Source: Candidatus Thermofontivivens primus (GTDB taxonomy: Bacteria > Sysuimicrobiota > Sysuimicrobiia > Sysuimicrobiales > Thermofontiviventaceae). From it: a stretch of 64,000 nucleotides of DNA. The notes beneath the pieces are model-generated. The model had not been told where the DNA came from. It was given only the letters and a program-made list of their open reading frames with translations, and did not search any database. Where the stretch lies: positions 292,248 through 356,247 of the forward strand of contig JAVKJW010000001.1 in NCBI GenBank assembly GCA_031458695.1, written 5' to 3'. This document shows positions 28,816 through 40,087 of the stretch, in pieces (position 1 is the stretch's first letter; every line of letters starts with the position of its first letter). The position numbers were made by a program, and so were the translations under genes.

Positions 28816-29143
28816 GGCAATGAGGAAGAGGAGTAGGCCAACCCTCGTGCCGCACTCTCCTCTGTAGGCCTTGGAGAGGCCGACTCTAAGGGGGAGGGGA
28901 CAGGGAGGGAGGGCCGCGACTGGAAGCTCTCCTGGTGCTGAGGTGGCTGAAGTTCGCTTCCGAGCCGTTGCCTGAACACCGCAGACCTGGCTTCGCCTTG
29001 AAGGCACAGGTCCAGCGGGTTAAGTAGGGTAACCGGGGATCCCGATAGCGTCCAGACCTGAGTGCCGGCGGTGGGAGAGCCCGCTGCCGGAAGGAGGGTG
29101 GTACCGCGGAGGCAGGGCCTTCGTCCCTTGGACGGGGGCCCTG
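28816..29143 (+). promoter_or_regulatory. Phe T-box riboswitch leader of pheST
   Basis: Stem I with AGTA; specifier GAAG-TTC-G (UUC=Phe, 28953-28955); Stem II GAA/AGTA; Stem III; T-box GGGTGGTACCGCG (about 29096-29108); hairpin 29113-29143. Confidence 0.92.
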
Positions 29144-29263
29144 AAGATTTCATGGGTCTGCTGTGGATGTTGTGGGCTGCAACTGGGGCCCCAGGCGAAA
29201 CGATGGATGTGGCAAAAGATTTCGCGAAGGCTACAGGAGATTGCACCGGATAGGAGGGCAATC

Positions 29264-30286
29264 ATGGAAAGGGAGATCAAGGTACTCCAGGAGAAGGCAA
29301 CCAGGGACATAGATGGGGCCCGGACTCTGGAGGAACTTGAGGAAGTACGCCGGCGCTACCTGGGTCGGAAGGGAGCCCTCGCCCAGTTCATCAAAAGGCT
29401 GGGTACCGCTCCCCAGGAGGTGCGCCCGCTCCTTGGGCAGCAGATCAATCGATTGCGCGAGGAGCTCGAGAACCTGTACGCCTCCCGGATGCGCGCCCTG
29501 GAGGAGGAAGCCCTCCAGCGACGTCTTGCCGAGGAGACGCTCGATATCACCCTTCCGGGCCGGCGCAGGAAGATTGGACGCCTCCACATCCTCACCCGCA
29601 CCGTCCGTGAGATCCAGGAGATCTTCTTGCGCATGGGGTTTGAGGTGGTGGAGGGTCCGGAGGTCGAGATTGAGCTGTATAACTTCGAGCGCCTGAACGT
29701 CCCCAGGGACCACCCCGCACGGGACATGCAGGACACCTTCTACTTGGAGGGCAATCCAGACTGGCTCCTGCGCACGCACACGACTGCCGTGGATGTACGG
29801 GTGATGGAGGGACGGCGACCACCTATGCGCGTCCTTTCGACAGGGCACTGCTACAGGCGCGACGCCCCCGACGCTTCTCACTCTCCCATGTTCCACCAAG
29901 CGGATGGGTTCATGGTCGGGGAGGGGGTCACGTTTGCAGACTTGAAGGGGGTATTGATGACGTTCGCTCGGGAGTTCTTCGGTCCCCAGACCCGGACGCG
30001 CTTCCGCCCTTCTTTCTTCCCGTTCACCGAGCCCAGCGCGGAGATGGAGATCTCGTGTGTCTTCTGTGGTGGGAAGGGTTGTGCTGTCTGTGGAAACGGG
30101 TGGCTGGAGATCCTCGGGTGCGGGATGTTCCATCCGCGCGTGTTGGAGATGGCCGGAATCGATCCGGAGCGCTATACGGCGTTCGCATTTGGGATGGGCG
30201 TGGAACGGCCAGCGATGCTGAAGTACGGAATCGACGACATCCGGCTCTACTTCGAGAACGACCTGAGGTTTCTGGAGCAATTCTAA
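29264..30286 (+). CDS. pheS: Phenylalanyl-tRNA synthetase alpha
   Basis: [32 protein letters not shown]. Confidence 0.97.
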   Translation: MEREIKVLQEKATRDIDGARTLEELEEVRRRYLGRKGALAQFIKRLGTAPQEVRPLLGQQINRLREELENLYASRMRALEEEALQRRLAEETLDITLPGRRRKIGRLHILTRTVREIQEIFLRMGFEVVEGPEVEIELYNFERLNVPRDHPARDMQDTFYLEGNPDWLLRTHTTAVDVRVMEGRRPPMRVLSTGHCYRRDAPDASHSPMFHQADGFMVGEGVTFADLKGVLMTFAREFFGPQTRTRFRPSFFPFTEPSAEMEISCVFCGGKGCAVCGNGWLEILGCGMFHPRVLEMAGIDPERYTAFAFGMGVERPAMLKYGIDDIRLYFENDLRFLEQF

Positions 30287-30348
30287 ATTCTAGAAGCCCC
30301 GAGAAAGAGGTCAAAAGAGGTTTTGCCGGGGTACCAAAGGGGGAGCGT

Positions 30349-32412
30349 ATGAGAGTCCTCATCTCCTGGCTTTCCGAGTACGTGGATGTGCCGATCTCCA
30401 TTCCGGAGTTGAGCGAGCGCCTCTCCATGGCCGGCCTTGCCGTGGAGGCGGTCGAGCCCTTCGGCGACGACTTTGTTTTGGACATCGAACTAACCCCCAA
30501 CCGCCCAGACTGCATGAGCATGTTGGGGATTGCCCGCGAGGTCAGCGTGCTCCTCGACCTTCCCTTGCGTCCTCCCAAGGTGGATCTCCGCGAGGAGCAA
30601 GAGGAGGCATCTCGATACATTTCCGTGGAGATCCTCGATCCTGAACTTTGCCCGCGGTACGTCGCCAGGGTCATTTTGGACGTGGAGGTCGGCCCTTCTC
30701 CTCCTTGGATGCAGCGCCGCCTGGAGGCTGCAGGGATCCGAGCCATCAACAATGTCGTGGATGTCACCAACTACGTCATGCTCGAACTCGGTCAACCTCT
30801 CCACGCCTTCGATTATGACCGCCTGCGCGGTGGCCGCATCATTGTCCGCCGGGCGATGGAGGGCGAGACCTTGCTCACCCTTGATGGAGAGGTCCGGTCC
30901 CTCGATCCGTCCATGCTGGTGATTGCCGATGTCGAGCGTCCCGTGGCACTCGCCGGGATCATCGGTGGGGCGGAGACGGAGATTGGTCCCTCTACGAGAC
31001 GCGTCCTACTTGAGGCCGCATACTTCCACCCGACCTCCATCCGCCGTACGAGCAAGCGTCTTGGCCTGCGCACTGAGGCGAGCAGCCGATTCGAGCGGGG
31101 AATGGATCCCAACGGGCCTGTCATTGCCAGTGCCCGAGCATGCCAACTTCTCCAGTCGGTGGCCCGCGGGAGAGTGCTGGCTGGTGCGGTCGATGTCTAT
31201 CCCCTCCAGGTATCCCCGCGGCGGATTCGGTTGCGGCCAGAACGCCTCAAGCGACTCCTTGGCGTGGAAGTGCCTGGGGAGAAGATCGAACAAATCCTGG
31301 AGAAGCTCGGTTGCGCTGTCACGCGAGGAGAATCCCTAGAGGTAATCCCGCCCACCTTCCGTCCAGACCTGGCCATCGAGGAGGACCTAATCGAAGAGGT
31401 AGCCAGGATCTACGGCTATAATCAGATCCCTGCCAAGATGCCCGTGGAAGCGACCACTCAAGGAAGGCGCGACCCCGTTTTGGAGATCGAGGATACAATC
31501 CGTGAAATCTTGGTACGGTGTGGCTTCCACGAGGTCCACACCTACACCTTGACCAATCCGCAGGTCTTCCAGCGGATCCGAGTTCCAGAGGGGGATGCGC
31601 TGAGGGAGGTTGTGAGGCTGCGGAATCCCCTGGTGGAGGACCACACAATCCTGCGGACAACCCTTGTCCCTGGGCTCTTGCAGGTACTCTCGACCAACGC
31701 GGCGAGGGGGACGAAGGATGTGCACATCTTTGAGCTCGGGAAGACCTTCCACCCTCTTTCAGGGGAGGTCCAAGAGCGACGGGAGCTCGGCCTCGCCATG
31801 ATGGGGGAGCTGACGGAAGGAAACTGGAACCTTCGGCCGGAGCAAGTCCAGGCGACCTTCTACCACCTGAAAGGAGCTGTGGAAACGCTCTTCGAGGAAC
31901 TCGGAGTCAGCGGCTATCAGCTCCGGAGGGGGACAAGGCCATGGCTCCATCCAGGGAGGAGTGCAGAGCTCCTCCTGGACGGCACGGTCATCGCCGTATT
32001 GGGAGAGGTTCACCCGGAGGTTGCACGCCATTACGATCTCCCCCTTCGGGCGTACCTGGCCACTGTGGACATCGAGGCAATCTTGCCCTTTGTCTCCCTT
32101 AGACGGGCGTATCGACCCATCCCGAAGTTCCCAGCGGTCTACCGTGACCTCGCCGTCGTCGTGGAGGAGGAAATCCCGTCTGGAGAGGTGGAGAAGGTCA
32201 TTGCAGAGGCATGTGGGTCGTTGCTGGAACGTATCGAGCTGTTCGATCTCTACCAAGGGCCACCAGTCCCTGAGGGTCACAAGAGCCTGGCTTACTCCCT
32301 TACCTTCCGTGCCGGGGATCGGACCCTCTCCTCCGAAGAGGTAGAAGAGCTTCTTGCCCGCGCGCGCCAGCTCCTGACCCAACGGTTGAATGCCTGGATC
32401 CGGGGCCAGTAG
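30349..32412 (+). CDS. pheT: Phenylalanyl-tRNA synthetase beta (short form)
   Basis: [30 protein letters not shown]-terminal FDX-ACB domain. Confidence 0.96.
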   Translation: MRVLISWLSEYVDVPISIPELSERLSMAGLAVEAVEPFGDDFVLDIELTPNRPDCMSMLGIAREVSVLLDLPLRPPKVDLREEQEEASRYISVEILDPELCPRYVARVILDVEVGPSPPWMQRRLEAAGIRAINNVVDVTNYVMLELGQPLHAFDYDRLRGGRIIVRRAMEGETLLTLDGEVRSLDPSMLVIADVERPVALAGIIGGAETEIGPSTRRVLLEAAYFHPTSIRRTSKRLGLRTEASSRFERGMDPNGPVIASARACQLLQSVARGRVLAGAVDVYPLQVSPRRIRLRPERLKRLLGVEVPGEKIEQILEKLGCAVTRGESLEVIPPTFRPDLAIEEDLIEEVARIYGYNQIPAKMPVEATTQGRRDPVLEIEDTIREILVRCGFHEVHTYTLTNPQVFQRIRVPEGDALREVVRLRNPLVEDHTILRTTLVPGLLQVLSTNAARGTKDVHIFELGKTFHPLSGEVQERRELGLAMMGELTEGNWNLRPEQVQATFYHLKGAVETLFEELGVSGYQLRRGTRPWLHPGRSAELLLDGTVIAVLGEVHPEVARHYDLPLRAYLATVDIEAILPFVSLRRAYRPIPKFPAVYRDLAVVVEEEIPSGEVEKVIAEACGSLLERIELFDLYQGPPVPEGHKSLAYSLTFRAGDRTLSSEEVEELLARARQLLTQRLNAWIRGQ

Positions 32413-32459
32413 AGGCGTATGGTAGAATGACGGCAGGAGAGGGGAAGGGGGACGAGAGG

Positions 32460-32951
32460 ATGAGCTGGCTGGATTGGGCCATCGTGGCCATCCTCTTGTG
32501 GGCGATTCTCCGCAGCGTCCAGGGGGGTTGGCCCCGTGCGGTGTCTAGCTTGGTGGGGATTGTTACAGGGGTGTGGGCTGCGTTCGAGTGGTCCCCCTAC
32601 CTTGCCCAGGGTATTTCTCAAGTCGCCCCCATTGCGGCTCCCTGGTCGTCGCCCGCTGCCTTTCTCCTCCTCGTGGGAGCGGGTGATGTGACAGTTGGCA
32701 CCTTGGGGTCGATCCTCCTGCGGCCACCGTCGCGGCCCACCCTTCCCCAGCGGTTCGTGGCGGCTTCGTTGGGATTCTTGCGCGGGATCGTGCTGAGTGG
32801 GGTGTTCCTTGCTATCTTGCTAGGATCTCCTTTAGAACCTCTGGTATCCAAGGACGTACAGAAGTCCCGCCTCGCCCCCTTCGTGGTCAAGGGAGGGAGG
32901 CTGGTGATGGAGTATTTAAGACAACAGGGCAGTCCAGGGAAGGTCTTTTAA
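32460..32951 (+). CDS. CvpA-family membrane protein
   Basis: MSWLDWAIV start, multiple TM segments, and a pheT...cvpA-polX-mutS2 context. Confidence 0.7.
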   Translation: MSWLDWAIVAILLWAILRSVQGGWPRAVSSLVGIVTGVWAAFEWSPYLAQGISQVAPIAAPWSSPAAFLLLVGAGDVTVGTLGSILLRPPSRPTLPQRFVAASLGFLRGIVLSGVFLAILLGSPLEPLVSKDVQKSRLAPFVVKGGRLVMEYLRQQGSPGKVF

Positions 32952-32952
32952 T

Positions 32953-34668
32953 ATGAAGAACCTTGAGCTGGCGAGGATTTTCAACGAGATCGCCGACATG
33001 CTGGAAATCAAAGGGGAGTCCCCGTTCCGGATCCAAGCCTACCGCCGGGGAGCTCGAGCGATGGAGGCGCTCTCCGAAGATATCGAAGAGATTTTCCGGC
33101 GTGGGGAGCTCCGCAACATCCCTGGGGTTGGGGAGAGCCTCGCAGAGAAAATCGCGGAGTACCTGAAGACAGGTCGCATGACCTATTTCGAGGAGCTCCG
33201 CGCGAGCCTCCCCCCAGGGGTCGTGACGCTGATGCAGGTCCCAGAGGTGGGTCCCAAAACTGCCCTCCTCTTGTACGAGAAGCTCGGGATCACCACCATC
33301 GAGGAACTGGAAAAGGCCTGCAAAGAGGGAAAGGTGCGCACTCTGCCACGAATGGGGGCGAAGACCGAGGAGAACATTCTCAAGGGTATCGAGCTCCTGC
33401 GGCGGACCAAGGAGCGCTTGCCCTTGGGCGTTGTCCTCCCCCATGCCCAGGAGATTGTGGATATCCTAGGTCGCCTCAAGCAGGTACATGAGATTAGCTT
33501 GGCGGGAAGCATCCGGCGCATGAAGGAGACCATCGGGGATATCGACATCCTGGTGACGAGCGACGAACCCGATGTTGTGATGGATACCTTCACCACCCTC
33601 CCGCGGGTGAGCCGGGTGCTCAGTAAGGGAACGACGCGGAGCAGCGTGGTCTTGGATGTTGGGATCCAAGCCGACGTGCGGGTGGTGGAACCAGAGTCCT
33701 TCGGGGCAGCCCTCCAGTACTTTACCGGCAGCAAGGAACACAATATCCGCCTCCGCGAGAGAGCTGTGCGCAAGGGGCTGAAGATCAATGAGTATGGGGT
33801 CTTCCTGGTGAAGAACGAGAAACGCATTGCCGGCCGCACCGAGGAGGAGGTCTATGCTTCTCTCGGGCTCCCCTGGATCCCTCCGGAGATCCGGGAGGAT
33901 CAAGGGGAGATCGACCTCGCAGAGAAGGGGAAACTACCGACCCTGATCCAGCTCTCTGATGTGAAGGGGGATCTGCACATCCATACCAAGTGGAGCGACG
34001 GCGCTGACAGTGTCGAGGAGATAGCTAAGGCTGCCAAGGATCGGGGGTATGAGTATATCTGTATCACAGACCACTCCCAGTCCCTCAAGTTCGCCGGGGG
34101 TGTCCCCATTGATGAATTGCGCGAGCACGCCCGCATCGTCCGCCGTCTCTCCGATAAGCTGGGGATCGCCATCTTGATTGGTTCTGAGGTGGATATCCTG
34201 CCCGATGGAAGCCTGGACTATCCTGACGAGGTGCTCAAGGAGTTGGACGTGGTTGTTGCCTCCGTGCACTCCCGGTTCCGGATGAGTGAAGAGGAGATGA
34301 CCAAGCGCATCATCAAAGCGATGGAGAACCCCCACGTAGACATCCTCGGCCATCCCACAGGCCGCCTCCTAGGCCAGCGCGATGCTTATCAAGTGAACAT
34401 AGAGGAGATCATCGAAGCCGCCCGGCGCACACAGACGGTCCTTGAGATCAATGCCACCCCTGAGCGATTGGATCTCAAGGATACCCACGCCCGGATGGCC
34501 AAGGAGCACGGGGTTAAGCTGGCGATTAACACCGATGCTCACAGCCGTCATCAGCTCCGTTACATGGCGTTCGGGGTGGGTACGGCTCGTCGGGGATGGA
34601 TCGAGCCCAAGGACGTCGTGAATACCCTACCCCTCAACGACCTCCTCGATTTCCTCCACAACCGGTGA
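32953..34668 (+). CDS. polX: DNA polymerase X with PHP exonuclease domain
   Basis: GSIRR, GDIDIL, YFTGSKEHN, DLHIHT, TDHS, NTDAH. Confidence 0.96.
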   Translation: MKNLELARIFNEIADMLEIKGESPFRIQAYRRGARAMEALSEDIEEIFRRGELRNIPGVGESLAEKIAEYLKTGRMTYFEELRASLPPGVVTLMQVPEVGPKTALLLYEKLGITTIEELEKACKEGKVRTLPRMGAKTEENILKGIELLRRTKERLPLGVVLPHAQEIVDILGRLKQVHEISLAGSIRRMKETIGDIDILVTSDEPDVVMDTFTTLPRVSRVLSKGTTRSSVVLDVGIQADVRVVEPESFGAALQYFTGSKEHNIRLRERAVRKGLKINEYGVFLVKNEKRIAGRTEEEVYASLGLPWIPPEIREDQGEIDLAEKGKLPTLIQLSDVKGDLHIHTKWSDGADSVEEIAKAAKDRGYEYICITDHSQSLKFAGGVPIDELREHARIVRRLSDKLGIAILIGSEVDILPDGSLDYPDEVLKELDVVVASVHSRFRMSEEEMTKRIIKAMENPHVDILGHPTGRLLGQRDAYQVNIEEIIEAARRTQTVLEINATPERLDLKDTHARMAKEHGVKLAINTDAHSRHQLRYMAFGVGTARRGWIEPKDVVNTLPLNDLLDFLHNR

Positions 34669-34676
34669 CAGGGATC

Positions 34677-35291
34677 ATGGAGATCCTTACCAGCGCGCAT
34701 CTTTTCCAAAGGTCCACCTTACATCCGCTACCCAGGGAGTTCTTCTCGCGAGATCCCGTCTCCGTTGCCCGGGAGCTCCTGGGACATTTTCTGGTGCACG
34801 AGACCGCGCAGGTACGGTGCGTGGGGAGAATTGTCGAGGTAGAGGCATACGGCGGAGAAGACGATCCTGCAAGCCACGCCCGGGTGCGGACGCCGAGGAG
34901 CGAGATCATGTGGGGGGCACCTGGGATCGCGTATGTCTACTTCATTTACGGGAACCACCACTGCCTCAACGTGGTGACGGAGCCAGAGGGAATCCCAGGG
35001 GCTGTGCTCATCCGCGCCCTCGAGCCGCTAGAGGGGATCGAGTGGATGCAGCGACGGCGCGGGGTGGAGAAGCTCACCCTCCTCGCAAGCGGCCCCGGAA
35101 GGCTCACCCAGGCCATGGGGATTAACCTCTCCCACAACGGGTGGGACCTCACCCGTCCTCCCCTCTACATCGCCGATGGCTCTCCGACGCCCTTCGAGGT
35201 GGAGGCCACCCCACGGATTGGCGTGATCGCTGCCAAAGAACGGCTCTGGAGGTTTTATATCCGCGGGAGTCCGTTCGTCTCTCGGAGGTGA
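34677..35291 (+). CDS. mpg: 3-methyladenine DNA glycosylase (MPG/AAG)
   Basis: IVEVEAY, YVYFIYG, AVLIRALEP, GPGRL, TPRIG. Confidence 0.93.
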   Translation: MEILTSAHLFQRSTLHPLPREFFSRDPVSVARELLGHFLVHETAQVRCVGRIVEVEAYGGEDDPASHARVRTPRSEIMWGAPGIAYVYFIYGNHHCLNVVTEPEGIPGAVLIRALEPLEGIEWMQRRRGVEKLTLLASGPGRLTQAMGINLSHNGWDLTRPPLYIADGSPTPFEVEATPRIGVIAAKERLWRFYIRGSPFVSRR

Positions 35292-35294
35292 CCG

Positions 35295-36197
35295 ATGCAC
35301 CTGTTGCTCATCTTCGTCGATGGCCTGGGCCTTGGGGAGGAGGAACACACCATCAATCCCGTGGTGAGAGCGCACACACCTCACCTGGACCTGCTCTTGG
35401 GGGGAAAGCGATTGGTAGGAGCTAACGGGATTGTCCAGAGCGACCTCGCCACCTTGATCCCCACCGATGCCACCCTGGGGGTTCCAGGAATTCCCCAGAG
35501 CGCCACAGGACAGACCACTCTGTTAACGGGTCTGAACGCGCCGCAGCTCGTGGGACGCCACGTTCAGGCATACCCCACGAGAGCCCTGCAGGAGATTCTC
35601 AGTTCCCATAACCTCTTCCTCAGGCTCATGAAACGGGGGCTTGATGTCGCCCTGGCGAATGCCTATTCCGAGGATTACTTTCGGCTGGTGGAGGAGCGGA
35701 GGCTCCGCGAGGGCGCGATCACTTTGGCAGCGCGCTTCTCCGGGACGAGGTTACGGAACGTGGAAGATCTGGTGAGCGGGAAGGCGCTCTTCCATGATCT
35801 CACCAACGAGCTCCTCCAACAGAGGGGGATCCAAGTGGATCTCCGCACTCCGGAGGAAGCAGGGAGGGTTCTCGCCTCCCTGGGGCGTGCGCATCATTTC
35901 ACCCTGTTCGAGTTCTTCCTTCCTGACCTCGTGGCCCATGGCCGCATGAACCTGGATCCTGCCGATGTCATCTCGCGGCTGGACCTGTTCCTCGGTACGG
36001 TGGTGGAAGAGAGCGATCTCTCCGATACACTCATTGTCCTCACAAGCGACCACGGGAATATCGAGGACGACCGTACCCCTTCGCACACACGAAACCCGGT
36101 CCCAACCCTGGTGATCGGGGAGAAGAGGGAAGAGGTGACTAGGAAGATCTCAGATCTTACCCACATTGCCCCGGCGATCATCGAATGGTTTGGCTAG
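35295..36197 (+). CDS. Alkaline-phosphatase-superfamily metalloenzyme (mutase-like)
   Basis: FVDGLG, PQSATGQT, DLVAH, TSDHGN, HTRNPVP. Confidence 0.8.
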   Translation: MHLLLIFVDGLGLGEEEHTINPVVRAHTPHLDLLLGGKRLVGANGIVQSDLATLIPTDATLGVPGIPQSATGQTTLLTGLNAPQLVGRHVQAYPTRALQEILSSHNLFLRLMKRGLDVALANAYSEDYFRLVEERRLREGAITLAARFSGTRLRNVEDLVSGKALFHDLTNELLQQRGIQVDLRTPEEAGRVLASLGRAHHFTLFEFFLPDLVAHGRMNLDPADVISRLDLFLGTVVEESDLSDTLIVLTSDHGNIEDDRTPSHTRNPVPTLVIGEKREEVTRKISDLTHIAPAIIEWFG

Positions 36198-36239
36198 GGA
36201 AATCCTCTCCGTGCGGGAAAGGGTGAGGGATTTTAGGAG

Positions 36240-38615
36240 ATGGATGCACGAACCCTGCGGGTACTGGAGTTCCCCAAGATCCGGGAGCGCCTGGTCGCGC
36301 TGGCACTGTTTCCCCCAGGAAAGGAACTGGCCGAGGCGCTGTGGCCCTCCCAAAGCCTAGAAGAGGCTTCGGTCTGGCAGCAGGAGACCACCGAGGCGAG
36401 AGCGCTTCTTGAGGAAGGGGAAGTCCCACTGCGCGGGGCCAAGGACATCCGGGACCAAGTGCAGCGAGCAGCGAAAGGTGGCCGGCTGGATCCGCCCGAG
36501 CTCCTGGACGTCCGCGACACCCTGCGGGTGGCTAGGTTGATGAAGGGCTACCTTCAATCCCGGGCCCAGCGTGCTCCTTTCCTCGCGGCCATCGGCTCTG
36601 GGATTCAGCCTTTCGTGGAGGTGGAAGAAGCCATCCAGCGGGCGATTGGGGAGGATGCCTCCGTCCTTGACAGCGCGAGCGAGAGGCTCGCCCGCCTGCG
36701 CCAGGAGCAACGGACCGTTCATCACACGATCAAAGAGAAGCTGGAGGAGATCCTCCGTTCCCCCCTTTACGCCCCTATGCTTCAGGAGCCCCTCATCACC
36801 CTGAGGGGCCAGCGTTATGTGGTGCCTGTGAAGGCGGAGCACAAGGGGCGCTTTCCGGGGATCCTCCATGATCAGTCCGCGAGCGGCGCCACGATGTTTA
36901 TGGAGCCTCTGGCCATCGTCCCCCTGGGAAATAGGCTGAGGGAATTGGAGGGGGAGGAGCAGGAGGAGATTTTCAGGATCCTGAGGGCTCTCAGCGGGAT
37001 GATCGGGGAGCGCGCCGGAGCTATCCTTCAGGATGTTGCCGTCTTGGGGCGCCTGGACTTCATTTTCGCCAAAGCGGCGTTGAGCCTGGAGATGGATGGC
37101 GTGCGCCCTCGCCTCAATAACCAGGGGATTTTGTCCCTGCGTAAGGCACGACACCCTCTCCTCCAGCCCCCTCCCGACTGGCCCGGGCGGGTCGTCCCCA
37201 TCGATGTGGAGCTGGGCGATCGCTTCACGACCTTGATCATCACCGGCCCGAACACCGGGGGGAAGACCGTCACCCTCAAGACCATTGGCCTCCTCACCCT
37301 TATGGCTCAGGCGGGCTTGCATATCCCCGCCGAGGAGGGGAGCGAAGTCTGCGTCTTCCCCCAAGTCTTCGCCGATATTGGAGACGAGCAATCCATTGAA
37401 CAGAACCTCTCCACCTTCTCCTCCCACATGGGCGCTATTGTGGAGATCCTTCGAAATCTTGAGGGGATGGCCCTTGTCCTCCTCGATGAAGTCGGGGCGG
37501 GGACCGATCCCACAGAGGGTGCAGCGCTGGCCCGTGCCCTCATTGAGTACCTGCATGCCAAAGGCGTGCGCACGGCTGTCACGACTCACTACAACGACCT
37601 GAAGCTGCTGGCCTCGGAGATCCCGGGGATCGAAAACGCTTCGGTGGAGTTCGACCCGGAGACGCTGCGGCCTACCTTCCGTCTCCTCATCGGGGTGCCT
37701 GGAAGGAGCAATGCGTTCATCATCGCCAGCCGTTTGGGGCTCCTGCCGGACATTATCGAGAGGGCTCGGTCTTACCTGCGGCGAGAGGAGGTGGCTCTGG
37801 ACCGGCTGCTCACGGAGATCGAGCGGGACCGCCAAACGATCGCCGTGGAGCGAGCCGAGGCGCAGCGAGCCTTGCAAGAAGCGACGTGGCTTCGCAAGCA
37901 ATATGAAGAGGCCCTCAGGCGTCTGGAAGAGGAGAAACGTCGGATCCTCGCTTCCGTCCATGAGGAAGCTGAGCGCCAGTTTCGTCAGGCTATGGAGCAG
38001 GTGGACCAGCTCCTTCGAAAGATTCGGGAGGAGGCGACCGAACGCGCGGTCCGTGAGGCAAGGGAGGCGTTGCGGGCGTTGCGACGGGAGTGGGAGGGGC
38101 GAAAGAAGACCTTGGCTCCCGAGCCGCCGGGAGAGCCCCTGCACGACGTACGCGTAGGGGAGAGTGTATATGTGGCCTCCCTCGGCCAGGAAGGTGTCGT
38201 CACCGCTCCTCCAGTGGGAGGGGAGGTGGAGGTGCAATTGGGTGCCATCAAAGCCCGTGTCCCCCTGGAAGACCTGCGGAGGGTGAAGGAAAGCGCCATA
38301 GGGAAGAGGTCTTTCGTCGCCGGGGAGCCTGCGGCGCCGGGAGCATCCTTCGAGAGGCTCCCTCCCGCAATCCCCTCCTCGCTGGATCTCCGCGGGCGGA
38401 CGGAGGAGGAAGCCCTGCTAGAGCTCGATCGCTACCTTGACCAGGCTTTTCTCGCAGGGATCCCGCGTGTGACCATCATCCACGGCAAAGGTACAGGCGT
38501 CCTGCGCAAGGCCGTCCACCGTTTTCTTTCCGACCACCCTCATGTCCGAAGGTTCCGCCTCGGGGAGGCGGGAGAAGGAGGGAGCGGCGCCACGGTGGTA
38601 GAGCTGAATGTGTGA
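36240..38615 (+). CDS. mutS2: MutS2 (ribosome-rescue/anti-recombination ATPase with Smr domain)
   Basis: [37 protein letters not shown]. Confidence 0.96.
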   Translation: MDARTLRVLEFPKIRERLVALALFPPGKELAEALWPSQSLEEASVWQQETTEARALLEEGEVPLRGAKDIRDQVQRAAKGGRLDPPELLDVRDTLRVARLMKGYLQSRAQRAPFLAAIGSGIQPFVEVEEAIQRAIGEDASVLDSASERLARLRQEQRTVHHTIKEKLEEILRSPLYAPMLQEPLITLRGQRYVVPVKAEHKGRFPGILHDQSASGATMFMEPLAIVPLGNRLRELEGEEQEEIFRILRALSGMIGERAGAILQDVAVLGRLDFIFAKAALSLEMDGVRPRLNNQGILSLRKARHPLLQPPPDWPGRVVPIDVELGDRFTTLIITGPNTGGKTVTLKTIGLLTLMAQAGLHIPAEEGSEVCVFPQVFADIGDEQSIEQNLSTFSSHMGAIVEILRNLEGMALVLLDEVGAGTDPTEGAALARALIEYLHAKGVRTAVTTHYNDLKLLASEIPGIENASVEFDPETLRPTFRLLIGVPGRSNAFIIASRLGLLPDIIERARSYLRREEVALDRLLTEIERDRQTIAVERAEAQRALQEATWLRKQYEEALRRLEEEKRRILASVHEEAERQFRQAMEQVDQLLRKIREEATERAVREAREALRALRREWEGRKKTLAPEPPGEPLHDVRVGESVYVASLGQEGVVTAPPVGGEVEVQLGAIKARVPLEDLRRVKESAIGKRSFVAGEPAAPGASFERLPPAIPSSLDLRGRTEEEALLELDRYLDQAFLAGIPRVTIIHGKGTGVLRKAVHRFLSDHPHVRRFRLGEAGEGGSGATVVELNV

Positions 38616-38655
38616 TATAATCTATGGGAGCCGTGGATCGCGGTGGAGGCAGATC

Positions 38656-39864
38656 ATGACCCCGGAACAGCAACTCGAGATCCTCAAGCGTGGGGCGGCG
38701 GAGATTATCACGGAGGAGGAACTCCTCGCCAAGCTGAGGAAAGGGCGCCCCTTGCGGATCAAGCTCGGGCTCGATCCCTCTGTGCCCGACATCCACCTGG
38801 GGCATGCCGTGGTGTTGCGGAAACTCCGCCAGTTCCAGGACCTCGGCCACGAAGTTATCATTGTCATCGGCGACTTCACCGCCATGATTGGGGACCCCTC
38901 CGGTCGCATTGAAACCCGCCCTCAGCTCTCACCTGAACAGGTCAAAGAGAACGCCAAGACGTACTTTGACCAGTACACCCGGATCCTCGATCCTTCCAGG
39001 ACCCGGGTCGTCTTCAACAGCCAGTGGTTGGGCCCCCTCACCTTCCAGGAGGTCATCGGCCTGGCCAGCAAGGTGACCGTGGCTCGCATCCTCGAGCGCG
39101 ACGACTTCTCCGAGCGGATGCGCCAAGGTCTCCCCCTCCATCTCCATGAGATCCTCTACCCCCTCTGTCAAGCCTATGATTCCGTTGCCCTTGAGGCGGA
39201 CGTGGAGATGGGCGGGACCGACCAGAAGTTCAATAACCTGATGGGGAGGGACCTCCAACGGGAGTTCGGCCAAGAGCCCCAGGTGGTCTTCCTGATGCCT
39301 ATCCTGGTGGGGCTGGACGGCCAGCAAAAGATGAGCAAGAGCCTGGGGAACTACATCGGGATCGCGGAGCCTCCCGAGGAGATGTTTGGAAAGGTGATGT
39401 CCCTTCCTGACGATCTCATGGTCCAGTACTTCGTTCTGTGCACCGACGTGCCCATGGAGGAGGTGCAGGCGATCGACCAAGGCCTCAAGGAGGGGACCCT
39501 CCACCCGAGGGACATCAAGCGACGTCTCGCCCGTGAGATCGTGACGATCTACCATGGTAAAGCAGCAGCGACCGCGGCGGAGGAGGCCTTTGATCGGGTC
39601 TTCGTGGCCAAGGAGCTTCCCGAGCAAGTTCCCGAGGTTCTCCTCGAGGCCGACGATCTCGAGGGCGGACGCATCTGGATCGTGAAACTCCTTGTCCTGG
39701 CGGGGCTGGTAGAATCTAACTCCGAGGCCAAGCGCCTGATCTCCCAGGGAGGGGTAAGCGTGGACGGCCGGCGCATCACCGACATCGATACCGATTTGGT
39801 TGTGACAGACGGGATGGTCGTCCGCGTAGGAAAGCGCCGCTTCGCCCGCATCCGCCTCACCTGA
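38656..39864 (+). CDS. tyrS: Tyrosyl-tRNA synthetase
   Basis: [20 protein letters not shown]-terminal S4 domain; extended -10 TGnTATAAT at 38613-38621. Confidence 0.97.
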   Translation: MTPEQQLEILKRGAAEIITEEELLAKLRKGRPLRIKLGLDPSVPDIHLGHAVVLRKLRQFQDLGHEVIIVIGDFTAMIGDPSGRIETRPQLSPEQVKENAKTYFDQYTRILDPSRTRVVFNSQWLGPLTFQEVIGLASKVTVARILERDDFSERMRQGLPLHLHEILYPLCQAYDSVALEADVEMGGTDQKFNNLMGRDLQREFGQEPQVVFLMPILVGLDGQQKMSKSLGNYIGIAEPPEEMFGKVMSLPDDLMVQYFVLCTDVPMEEVQAIDQGLKEGTLHPRDIKRRLAREIVTIYHGKAAATAAEEAFDRVFVAKELPEQVPEVLLEADDLEGGRIWIVKLLVLAGLVESNSEAKRLISQGGVSVDGRRITDIDTDLVVTDGMVVRVGKRRFARIRLT

Positions 39865-39885
39865 GCGCCTGTCCGCTCCCTTGCC

Positions 39886-39915
39886 TTGACACAGTGATTG
39901 AAGCCATCCTATACT
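39886..39915 (+). promoter_or_regulatory. Sigma70 promoter of tRNA-Ile
   Basis: TTGACA, 18-bp spacer, TATACT. Confidence 0.8.
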
Positions 39916-39928
39916 AAGGAACGCAGGT

Positions 39929-40005
39929 GGGCCCTTAGCTCAGGTGGTGAGAGCGCACCCCTGATAAGGGTGAGGTCCGTGGTTCGAGTCCACGAGGGCC
40001 CACCA
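39929..40005 (+). tRNA. tRNA-Ile(GAT)
   Basis: Cloverleaf GGGCCCT/AGGGCCC, anticodon loop CTGATAA, GGTTCGAGTCC, ACCA end. Confidence 0.97.
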
Positions 40006-40087
40006 CTTCTTTTTCCACAGCAGACCTCCCCCGCCGGAAGAGGGACCCTCGTGTCTGTGTGAGATCGGGATCGAGTAGCCCTCCTAT

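Noticed and set aside
36357..38237. 626-aa minus-strand ORF, and similar long antisense ORFs over pheS, pilB and pilC
   Set aside because: Antisense shadows of well-supported genes.
38616..38655. T-box for tyrS
   Set aside because: Only a 40-bp spacer with a -10 element; no T-box motif.
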